Below, one piece after another: positions 24,249 to 35,075 of a stretch of 64,000 bases of DNA. Position numbers and translations under genes: made by a program. Source of the stretch: Phaeosaccion multiseriatum (taxonomy: Eukaryota > Protista > Ochrophyta, other classes); the NCBI GenBank assembly GCA_965112735.1, contig OZ218951.1, forward strand, positions 3,906,001 through 3,970,000. The letters are read 5' to 3'. The notes beneath the pieces are model-generated. The model was not told the DNA's origin. It ran no database searches and worked only from the letters and a program-made list of their open reading frames with translations. The stretch's first letter is position 1; every line of letters begins with the position of its first letter.

Positions 24249-25368
24249 TCACCCGTCGCTGCAAGCGGTTGCATCATCACAAAAGCAAGCCGAGTTAAAC
24301 GGCCCTGCCTCGACCTCCCCCCACCAGGAAGACCAAACGCTGTCTCCAGCATCTTGCCATTTGTAGGTGCTCTGGAGGAACTTGGACATCGGGGTATGAG
24401 AGCGAAACAGGTGAAGGATGCTCTTGTCCTCTCTCTCCCTATCCGGCAAGAGAATCCAGAAGTCGGGGCTGGCTTGGGGGCCGAGCCACTCCTTGGACCA
24501 CAAGTCCTCTTCAGCGATGCCCCAGGAGCAGAAGCCCCCCCACCTGTTCGTTGGCGTGAAGCGTGTGGGCATGTGGGTAGGTAGGTCGGTAGGTAGGTAG
24601 GTAGGTAGGTAGGTAGGGAGGGAGGGAGGGAGGGAGGAAGGGATGTAGGGAGGTAGGGAGGTAGGGAGGTAGGTAGATGGGTAGGGAGGGAGGGAGGTAG
24701 GTAGGTAGGTAGGTAGGGTAGGGAGGGAGGTAGGTGGGTAGGTGTATGGGGCAGACAGGGTGGGGGGGGGGTTCTCAGTGACGCGGGTGGGTAGACGCTA
24801 AGGCTCGAAACTTTATTAACACACCTTGGGGCATAGTACCACGGATCACTGAGAAACGTGAGCTTGTTTTCCAGCTTGGAGAAGTAAAACTTGAAGCCCT
24901 GGAAGTCTGTTTGGTACTCCTCCAGACCCATGGTGGGCTTGGATAGAGGCTCGAGATATCGGTACGCCACCACTGAGGTAAGAGAGGGAGAGGTAGAGAG
25001 GCAAGAGAGATAGAGAGAGAGGAAGAGAGATGCAGAGAGAGGGAGAGAACGATTGAGTGCGTGAGAGAGGGAAGGATAGAGGGACGAGAGAGAAAGTTGG
25101 TTTGCAGAGGACGCCTCATCCCCGGATTAATAAGGACCACATTACCATCAATTCCGTCGAGAACAGGAAGAGAAGTGTCTACACACGAGCCTTCGTTGCT
25201 GTGCTGTTCAGTCACGTCTCTATTCACCACATTCAGAGACGCCGAGGTTGATGCGCCCTGCTGCTGGGGCCCGTATCGCTGGCCCACCAAAGTGGCGCTC
25301 AAAACCACGGCCACTGCCAGCAGGAAAACCGAAATAATGCCTCTGGGTGTGACTCCTGATCGATCCAT
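24249..25368 (-). CDS. YHS-domain family protein (Cys form) with N-terminal signal/TM segment (3 exons)
   Basis: Exons 25368-25146, 24972-24825 and 24543-24249 give VLDGIDVVAY...G...YQTDFQGFKFYFSKLENKLTFLSDPWYYAPRWGGFCSWG. This matches the recalled YHS (seleno)protein pattern GxDxVAY...F.F...EN...F...P..Y.P.YGGxC. Confidence 0.78.
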
Positions 25369-25971
25369 CTCCTCCAGATACACGCATTGACAGAGAAGGG
25401 GGGGGGACTGAAATGGAGACGGGAGCGAGAGAGATGATTTAGAAGGCGGGCGATGGGACTGAAATGAAACGGAATCCCGTTACATCGGTTACATCGGGGA
25501 AATTGAAACTCAAACAACTGTACTTCTGTGTCAATTTTTTTCTTGTATTTGTTTTTCTCCTACCCGATCCCTACCCAAGTCTCTACTACCCTTGTCCTGT
25601 GGGGGAATTTGAAGTCTTTCATTTCAGTCTTTTAGTTTCTTCTAAAATTCAACACTATAATAACCTACAAGAAGAGCGTGATAGGGGAGGTTCTCCCGTA
25701 ACTGCGTCAGCCAGGCAAGCTGTGATGATTCAGAGCGCTGCTGCTGCCGCGGTGTGAGGAGCTGGTGCTGGTGGTCCATGCCCGTGCCATTTTCCCGCAA
25801 AGTCTTTTATAAAGACCTAGTTTATGGCATTTTTCTCGCCCCACAGTCCGCCATTGGGGTAGGAAGTACCTTAGAGGATTGATAGCGCTATTTTCGGTGC
25901 GCATGCTGGTGAAAGAATCTCGGTCCGCCGAACAGTGTGTGTGGAGAAAGACCGTCTAAAGCACGAAAAAG

Positions 25972-26160
25972 GGGGCGCAGCCAGCCAGGCAGCGACATTT
26001 TCGAGATAAGGGCCCCCCTGGCAAAAAATACGCGCCCCCCTGGATTAAGAAGGGAGGTTTCCCTTCCCGCTCGTTAACTCGCTTGGAGGAAAAATTCTCC
26101 CCGGGCTTGAACCTCCCCTATAACGACTCCTGTAAGCCATGGAGTGGAGACCTGCGCCCC
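25972..26160. mobile_element. Possible MITE relic
   Basis: A 9-bp inverted repeat GGGGCGCAG/CTGCGCCCC bounds about 190 bp that contains internal GCCCCCCTGG repeats. No target-site duplication is seen. Confidence 0.2.
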
Positions 26161-26215
26161 ACTCGCCCACTAAATAACAATAAGCACAAGGCTACGACAC
26201 GTATGGCTCTCACCA

Positions 26216-29090
26216 TCATACGAAGCCGTCCTTCTCGAGCATTGCCTTGACGAGAAAGACGTACCAGGGGTCTGGCCCCACCTCGTTCACACCGTCGCCG
26301 AGTTGGATATTAGCCCTGTGTAGGTACTTGTTGTTTCTCTTCATGGCCTTCGTCTGAGCGCTGGCGATGGCAAGCTGCAAACGACTTGTGGTGTGATTCT
26401 TCATGAGAAGCGAGCGCCTGTCTCCTGGTGCTGGTCCCTTTGCATCCTCCCCTTCTTCGTCCTCGCTCTCCATGTCGTCACTCGCCGAAGAGACCACACG
26501 CAACGCGCGCTTCCGTCCTCGTCTTTTGTCTCCTTCCTCTGCCTTGCGGCCCCTTTCCTCCTCCTCCTCCTCCTCCTCCTCCTCCTCCTCCTCCTCCTCC
26601 TCCTCCTCCTCATCATCATCATGACCTGCTGCATCCGCCCCCAGCTCTGCAGTGTGCGCCCGCTCCAAACTACGACTGCTGCTGCTCCTCGTCGCCATGT
26701 CTCCGTAACCAAGACAAGTGTGACGGCGGCGACACTCGCCATCGGTGCTCGCACTGTTTCCCGTAGACCAGCCACTCTCTAACCAATTGCTCGAGCCCCT
26801 CGCAAACGGGGTTGCGTGGACGTTTCTGTAACGGTTGCCAGCATTCCGACGCCGGAACTCCTCCGAGAATTTCAGCTTGCCAGGATGGAGCACAATCTCC
26901 CCTTCAGAGATTCGTACACCAAAGAGATGGAGACCAAAGCGAGGATCCGTTGGTCGAAGCCTAATCTTCTTGAAAAGCAGCAACCGATCTTCCCCGTGCT
27001 CCTCACGCAACATCCTCACTGACTCGTTTTCCTTCTCTTGCTTGGCTAGCGCTGCAATGAGGAAGGGCAGGGTGAAGGCGGAGAGGAGGACTGGTGCGAA
27101 TATGTCCGCTGTGTGGATGTGGTAGAAGGAGGCGCAAGCGTCGTCCGACGCGACTGACCAGGCCCCCACGAGCACGGCCCACCTGTATAGATAGGTGTGT
27201 AGAGTTGTGTCGTATTGTAATTGGACAAGCGAGCGGAACCAAGTCAAGTCAAGCAAGAGGGGAGGCGGGAAGGGAAGCAAGGGGCCCTCAGGGTCTAGTT
27301 ACGGCTTAAAAGACCTCGATCGATCAGGGCGCTGGTGAGCCGCACGACACCCGACTTTTACCAAGTTATGAATCGGTTCCCTCCTCCTCGTAAAAGCGTG
27401 GTTTACTCACCAAAAGCCAGCCGAGATGAGAGAAACCACCACCAAATAGGGCATTTCCCCCGTGTTGTAGAATACGGGGTTCAGGGCCCTGGGACAAAAG
27501 ATAAAATGACAACGGACAGACTTTGTGTCAAAGAAGAGTGAAAGATTTGTAGGCTACTTTTACAACAAAAAAAAAGAAGGGCACTTTCGAGACGGGCAAG
27601 TGGAGGTAAGGTTAGAAAAAAGAGCGCAGTGGAAACTCGTCCAAACTTACCACAAAACAGCCTGGCAGAGGGCGGCTGCCTGCGTCCCCACTGCGAACCG
27701 ATCAACCGTTTGGTCAAAAAACACCCTGACAACCAACGCGAGACGAGGGGGAGGGAGAGGGAAGGACGCAGGCGCTGCTGAGGGTGTGCTGCATAGTACG
27801 TAACGGCTGGAAATGGTAACAAATACAAGTGTGGAAGGAAGAAAGCTCCTCCCTCCATGTCCACGTACGTACCCAAAGGTGCTCCCAAAGAGCGCGCCCA
27901 CATGAATCTCGCAGGCATCAATGTGTGTGCTGGACACGGCAGTTTCGAATATCCAAGATCCCGCCAAACAAAACAAAAAAACAATCCCGAGGGAGAAGAA
28001 TGCTCTCGAGGAATCCTTGCTCCGCGTGGACACCACAAGAATAACCACACCAACCATCACACCCGCCACATTGGCCAGCTTCCAAAGCGGCTCTGTTCTG
28101 GTGACGAGCGAGCTGCTCCGAATGTTGCCCGGCACCATGGCTTCAAAGAGCTGCTCTCCGGTCTCATCGTGAACGCAAATCAGCCTCTCCTCGTGGGCAG
28201 TCGTGGTCTCGAGCACCTCCGACCGGTAGAGTGCATCCTCCACCACGTTCCAGCGACTGTATCCAACCACGGGCTTGAGCGCCCACCCCCAGCCCATCAC
28301 GTAGCGCCAGGCGTCCCAGTCCCCTCCCTGGGCCTGATAGCCCTCGAAGCGCTCTGCCCAGTCCTCCAGACTCAACCCACCCCCCCAGGCCATTGCGAGG
28401 GTCTCCGTGGCGTAGGCGGCGTTGCTGTGCAAAAGGAAATCTCTCGTCGCGAAGAGGTCGGGAGGGAGCCGCGGCAAGATGGAGTCCATACAGGCCTGAA
28501 CAACAAGGCCAAGGAGCAAGGGGGATGACGCGGGCAGGAAGGAAGGAAGGAAGGACGGAAGGAGGCTCAGATCCTACACCGCAAATCCGCCTAGAATGAT
28601 CAAAGTGCTTCCCTTGGACCCTTGCTTCCTTCCTCCACCGCCTCCTTCCTTCCTTCCCTCTCTCTCTCTCTCTCTCCTACCTTTGCGTTGCGGAAGCCTT
28701 CATCTCGGCAGTAGGACACCATTTGGAGAGTACCGATCATGGCGTCTCCACGCCAGCGCTTGAGTGGAGAGGTGGTGCCATTTAGTGCATCACACCGGAG
28801 CCGCGCCTCCAGCCCCATGGAAAAATCTACAGATTGACGCACGACTTTCTGCTTGGACGAGATGAAACCGTTGTCCAAACCTACATTAACGGGAGAGAAG
28901 GTTGCCATCGTGAGTAGGGCTTGGACGAAGGGCGTGACTTGTCCGTTGTCATTGTGCGGCATTCACTCACTAATTCACAGACTCATTCACAGACTCATTC
29001 ACTCATTCATGCACTCACTTGGTCTTGGTGCGCTCCAAGGGTTTTTGCATTCGATGGAGTGCGTCTCGGTCATCCTGGAAAACACACGAC

Positions 29091-29124
<34 letters not shown>

Positions 29125-31201
29125 AAAGAAAAGAAAGAAAGAAAGAAGCACGATTTGTGTCTCCACATCGTCAGCCTCCACTTTCCTCCTCTCTTGCGGC
29201 TAACCTCACTGCCGTCCATCCCGCCCCATCTGTCAATCCCTAACTATCCCGGTGCTCACCCCATGTCCCAATGCCACCCTCCCTCTCTCATGTCTCCCCG
29301 TGCTTCCCATCCTCACCTTGCGAGCTCGCCGTAGGTCAAAGCGCTGGCGAAGTCGGTGTCCACTTGAGAGGGGAGGGCCCTCCACGGCCGCAGATTGACG
29401 TCTGCCCAGCTGCAGTCGAGGTTCTCCTCAAACGTGAGACTGCTGGACAAGAGGTAGAAGCTAAACCTGCACAGGAGGGAGGTTAAGCGACAAGAGAGTA
29501 GGGCAAAGGTCAGAGGGAGGCCGCACCCCGTGGAGGAGAAGCGGAAGGAGGAGGAGGAGGAGGAGGAGGAGGAGGAGGAGGAGGAGGAGGAGGAGGAGGA
29601 GGAGGAGGAGGAGGTGGGGGAGGGAGAGGGGGAGGACGCAGACGAGGAGGAGGAGGAAGAGGGCACCACTTTGCTCGCGTTCAGCGCTGCACTTACCGTG
29701 TGGTGGAGAGCAGCAAGCAGCTACCAAACAGCACCTAAACAAGAGGAGGAGGAGGAGGAGGAGGAGGAGTAAAACGAACAACACGATAGATATGATTTGG
29801 GTTCGTCAAGGGCTCGTCCGCACTGCTCTCCCCTCCTCCTCCTCCTCCTCCTCCTCCTCCTCCTCCTCCTCAAGTTGCTCACCTCATGGCTTATCGCGTC
29901 TGCCTTACACGCGTTCTCGAGTAGCGGCAACAGCTCCTGGAAATTACTAAGGGAAGTTGAAGGGTACGCGTAGCACTGCACGAAGGGAATGTCTACCCGT
30001 CGGCGCGCCTCCAATCCGCTTGTCTATTGGGGGGGAAAGAGAGGCAGGAAAATGATGACGTCAGAATGGGGTGTGGTGTGTAAGAGGCAGCGGAGGAGGG
30101 CGGGCGGGCCAAGGTTCACCTCAGTTCACTCACTCACGCACTCACTCGCGCACTGACTCACTGACTTATTCACTCACGCACGCACTGCTGCCTTCACGTA
30201 CCTCTATGACGCTGAGGACTCTACATGCACCTAGGCCCACAATAGCTTGATTCAGGTCAGAGCTGAGCCGGTAGAGCTCGTTGTAGGAGAGAGTATCAAG
30301 GACGGGACCAAGCTGGATGCTGCTGACCTCCACAAGCAAGGTATCCATCGCAGAGGCGTCTGCTTGGGAGCTACGGATAGCACCGTAGTAGTTGTAGTTG
30401 TCGCTGACGGAAGCATTCACTCCATAGTTGGAAAGGATGGACAACAAATCCGCTTCCCGAATCCTGCAAGAGCACAGACCAGTGAGCTAGTGTGAGCAAC
30501 AACAGGGACAACAGCTGCTTCCACCAGTCTATCCGCTCACCTGGGCCCGCCGAAGGTAATGGGCAGCCCCGCCCTTGAAATTGTAGGCTGGACGATGATG
30601 GGGTAGCTGACGATAGCAGAGAGAGGGGTCGAACGAAGGGACCGATGGAAACGTGATTTCGATAAGCAGCAGGCGCCAGCAGAGGAAAACGGGGGGGCAA
30701 GAGAGGCGGAAAGGATACACAAACAGCTACTCACAGCGTTGTGATCATCCAGGCTGCGCTAGACATGATGGAGATGAGGACGAAGAGCGAGATGGCGCAC
30801 GTGACCTTGGCCCGCCTCGCAAATCCCTGCCGCAGAGAGCGTACATCGTGGGCAGAGATCGACTTGCGGACAGAGGAGACAAAGGAGACAAAGGAGAAGG
30901 GGGGCTTCTTTTTACTAAAGGCTGCCCCCGCTTCTGCCCCTTCTTCGTCCTGTAGCACATCACTGTTGGCCCCTTCTACACGGGCGCCTCCCCGTGTATC
31001 TTCCCACATGTTCTGCTGCCGCAAAGGAGAAAGTGCACCGAGATCAGCGGCCTTCTCGCGCATAGCAGCCACAAAAGATAATCTTCTTTTTCTCTCTGTT
31101 GCTGGTGCTGTGTCCCCATTTGGTTCCTGGATGCAACGAGGAGTCCGAATTTGCTCATCATCACAACCACCCTTCCCACCTCCACTGCCTGCTTCCTCCA
31201 T
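26216..31201 (-). CDS. Hypothetical multi-pass membrane protein (about 11 exons)
   Basis: Chain of minus-strand exons with GT-AG borders. The protein has a cytosolic N-terminus, a TM helix (CAISLFVLISIMSSAAWMI) and a long Cys/N-glyc-site region. About four TM helices follow at 28080-27050, then an acidic cytosolic tail ending AMLEKDGFV*. Confidence 0.55.
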
Positions 31202-31460
31202 GTACTACCAGCCGCTAAAGAATCGGGAGGAGATATGCAAAGCTATACCATACATTTATAACACTCTGAAGTGGGGCCGCGCTGTAACGAGGGGATGAAA
31301 ACCATCGGGACATAGTAGGCGATGAGGAGTTTGAGCAGATGTTGAGCGGAAACTCAAACCATCACTAACTTATTCCCCTTTTTTCGCCATCGCATCCCTC
31401 CCTTGCTCGCACCATACAAACCATAAGAAGCGGCGAATGGACAAATAATACCAAAAGAGT

Positions 31461-34400
31461 ATGATGAACGAAATGTCGGTAGCGCTGCTCTACGTGGCGA
31501 TGCTGGGCATGTGCATGCGCCCGGCGCAAGCCTGGATAGTCCCGCATTGCCCCTCCTCCTTGGCGTCAAGTAGCAGGAGCAGTGGCAGCTCAACGAGAAG
31601 ATCATCCATCGCAGGGGCGTGCAGCGCCAGACAGGTGGGCTCCGCTCCTCCACACACTCCAGTTCTCGGCCCCCTCTACTTGGTCTTCATGCTTAACCCC
31701 ACATCCGCCTCGTATCGTCCCCTCTTTTGATTTGCAGGGGGGAGACGCATTGACAAGCTGCAGGATGAAGAGGCACGAGGGGGCGAGGGGCGAGCGGGGG
31801 GCTTGGTGCCGGCAGCAGAAGCAGAGAGGAAGTGGGTTGCGGAGAGAGGGCACTTTCTGGCAGCAATCGCCTTTGGCCGCGGCCAGCGGGAAGGACAGCA
31901 GCAGCGCTACGGCGGCTATTGGTGTGGACGCTGAGGACGAAGAGGAGTACACCATCAAGCCCGAGTGGACTTTGGAAGAGGACTTGCAGGTAGGGACGCA
32001 TGAATTGAGTGTACCCTGCTAGTACGATATGGGAGCCGAGCTTTCTCTTGTTCGGAGTGCTCACCCTCTGTCCCCTCCTGCCACAGGATGTGTTCTACAT
32101 GCTCTGTGACGAGAAAGACGAGCTCTTGTCGCTGGAGCAGTTCCTGGCCTTCGACGACATCGCTGCGTACATCTCGGACGGGCTGCTGGAGCGTAAGGAG
32201 GTGGAGGACATGTGGGGCAAGCTGCCCAAGGCGGGCGGGGAGGGAGACGACAGAGTGGACAGTGAGGGCTTCGTCGACATCTTTATGCAGGTACGAGAGA
32301 GACGGAGAGATGGCGGCATTATCCACTGCTTTGTGTGTGCTTGTGTGGTAGGTATTGTGCGAAATAGCCAATACGTTTATTGTACAGCGCGTCTTTCCTC
32401 AGGTGGCTGCGCTTCCTGGCAGAGGAGCAGAGGTGGTAGCTAGAGCTAGCTTGGTCTCTGCGAGTTAGAATCAATTGTGCGTGAGGCTGACTGACCTCCC
32501 CTCTTCGCTTGATTTGTATGTACGTCCACGTGTGTAACCAACTCCCCCAAGATTGAGGATCTGTTCGAAGAGGGTGATGAGGACGATGAGGCTAGCGAGG
32601 AGGCCCTGGTTGGGGAGGGAGGGAAGCAACAACAAGCAGCAGCAGTCGGTGGGAGTGCGGCAGGAGCAGCAGTGGGAGGGGGAGTAGGAGTACCAAGCCA
32701 GAAGAAGGAGGAGGAGGAGGAGGAGGAGGAGGAGGAGGAGGAGGAGGACGACGACGACGACGACTCCCTCAAGACAGCGTTCCAGAACCTGCTGAAGGGG
32801 GAGGGGAGGACAGCAGAGGCGCAGCAATACCTCAGTCTCGAGGACGTGCTGCAGTGGGATGAGCTCAAGCAGCTTGTGACGGACATGCAACTGAGCGACC
32901 TCGAAGTGACCAAGATCTTCGAGAGGACCCCCAAGGCCCCGGGCAGCACCGACCGCCTGGACCTGGCGGGATTCACTGCTCTCAACGACGAGGTATGGTG
33001 CGGTGCGACATGAGACATGTGGGGAGGAAGCACAAGTGTTGCTGCTGTTGAGCTGTTGCTGCTGTTGCTATGGTGCTGTTGTAGCCTGTGTAAAACCTCC
33101 TCACGGCCGAATAAATGTAGTGGCCAATAGGCAGGGGTACCTGCGTAGAAGCTGACTTGTCGTTGCCACCCCCCCCCCCCCCCCGCCCCCTTACCTCTCC
33201 GCCATTCAGATTGACGACCTGCTAGAGGGAGATGATAGAGGCATTCCCCCACTAGACTCGGTGGCACCGGTAGCAGCAGCAGCACCAGCAGTAGCAGGGG
33301 CCACCGTTGAGACGCAACGGAAGGGGGCAGCGGAGGAGGAGGAGGAGGGGGAAGAGGAGGAGGGCCAAATAGAAGACGGGAGTGGCCTGACGATGGAGTC
33401 GAATGGACAAGAGGAGGGTGAGGGTGATACTGATGACACGGCTGAACTGGAGGAGCAATTTGTGGCTCTGATGGGCAGCGTGGAGGCGCAAATGACGCTA
33501 CAGGACGTGCTGCAGTGGGAAGAGGTGTCGGGCCTGCTTGCAGAGGGGCAGCTGGAGGAGAAGGAGGTGAAGGACATCTGGGACAAGGTTTCGACGCGCG
33601 GGCTTGTGAATCTCTTTGGGTTCATTGCCTTCAACGACGAGTTAGACGCTCTCTTCACCTACGAAGATGAGGAGGAAGACGAGGAGGACGACGCTCAGCA
33701 GCAGCAGCAGGAGCAGCAGGAGGAGGAGAAGAAGATTCCAAAGAATTTCTCTCGACCTGCGGCGGCGGTGGCAGAACCAGCGGCAGAACCAGCGGCAGAA
33801 GCAGCGGCAGAAGCGGCGCCGGTGGTGAAGGGAGCGACGCCACTGCCTGACATGCGCAGGCCCACTGCAGGTGGGGCAGGAGGGCAGTCAGCACGCAGAG
33901 CCGCGGCCTTTGGAGGGTCAGGCCCGAGTGTGCAAGAGTCCAAGCAGCTCGTCCTGGACCTTGCCAATGCGCAGCTCGCCTCGTGCGGCATCGATACGGA
34001 CGAGGGCAGCAGGAGGGGGCTGCTGAGTGCGGCCGAGAGGCTGTCCCAGGCCTCTGCTGAAGACGGAAACATTGCTGCCTCGGGCGAACTCGACGCTGTC
34101 GAAAACGCGGTGGTGGGCAAGTGGCGGCTGTTGTACACCTCCAGCAAGAGCGTGGAGTACCACTCCGGCCTCACGGGGTTGGCCAACACGCTGCCCAATG
34201 CAAAGTTCCAGGGCTTTACGCAGCTCTTCACTAAAGACGGGTCCTATCAGGACTGCACCTATGTCGAGGAGCTGGACATCGTGGGAGGCAGGTGTGTGTG
34301 TGTGCGTGTGCGTGTGTATGTGTGTGTGTGTGTGTGTGTGCGTGTTATGGGGGGGGGTTATATCTCTCTTTCTTTTCTTCCTTCCTTTCTTGCTCCGCTT

Positions 34401-34811
34401 CACTTGGCAATCCCCTCCTCTATGCTGTGCTCTCTCTGCCTTTCTGCGTTGTCTTGCTTACCCTTTCCTTTCCTCTCCCCCCCCTTCCCCCTCTAATATC
34501 CTTCAATTCCCCCTCCCTCTCCACACACACTCCCCACCCCACCGCCACACCCCAGACGACTGGACGTGAATGTGGACGCCTCCTGGGAGGTGAAGCCCTT
34601 CACGTCCCTCCTCACGGACCGCAACTTCCTTGCTGTGAGCGTGTTCCCAATGAAGGTTCGCTACGGTTTCGTCAAGATCCGAGGGGAGCGTTGGAAGCCC
34701 CTTAGGGCCTTGAACTTGCTTGACTGCATCTATATGGACGATGACTTGAGGGTCATGCGTGGCCAGACCGCACTCACCACCATCTTTGTGTTCAAGAGAG
34801 AACAAGAGTAG
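31461..34811 (+). CDS. Plastid-targeted protein with three degenerate EF-hand-pair repeats fused to a PAP/fibrillin domain (multi-exon)
   Basis: Signal peptide ends PAQA-W and is followed by a Ser-rich transit peptide. Three repeats have the form F..L.......LSL..VL.WDE...L..DG.L...EV..IW.......LD..GF...ND.ID.LF. Fibrillin motifs: VVGKWRLLYTSS and LDCIYMDDDLRVMRG....IFVFKR. Confidence 0.8.
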
Positions 34812-35075
34812 GGGGTGAATGGTTAGCGAGAACAAAGTAGCTGTCTAAGGAAGTAGCTTTCTAAGAAAGGAGGTCTCAATTAATGAGAGAACAATAGCGG
34901 AACGTCCGTTTGTCGCATCTTACCCCTGCTGGCCGGCCTTGTTGGCATTCATTCACGTCTGAGAATATAAAGGCATGCACGCATGTTTGTGTGTCTTTGT
35001 TAGTGGGGTGTGAGAGATGGAGTGGTGGTGAACCGTGTACATCCATGCACGCACGTACGTTTGCGTCTATTTGTT

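Noticed and set aside
24243-24251. TGA TGA at the end of the YHS gene read as possible selenocysteines
   Set aside because: The family's Sec-capable position is TGC here. Read-through gives no sensible sequence and no SECIS was evident by eye.
27282-27491. 7-bp direct repeat GGGCCCT around an intronic ~200 bp segment with CAGGG...CCCTG ends
   Set aside because: The TIR match is short and the TIR and TSD positions are inconsistent; it cannot be told from chance without copy-number data.
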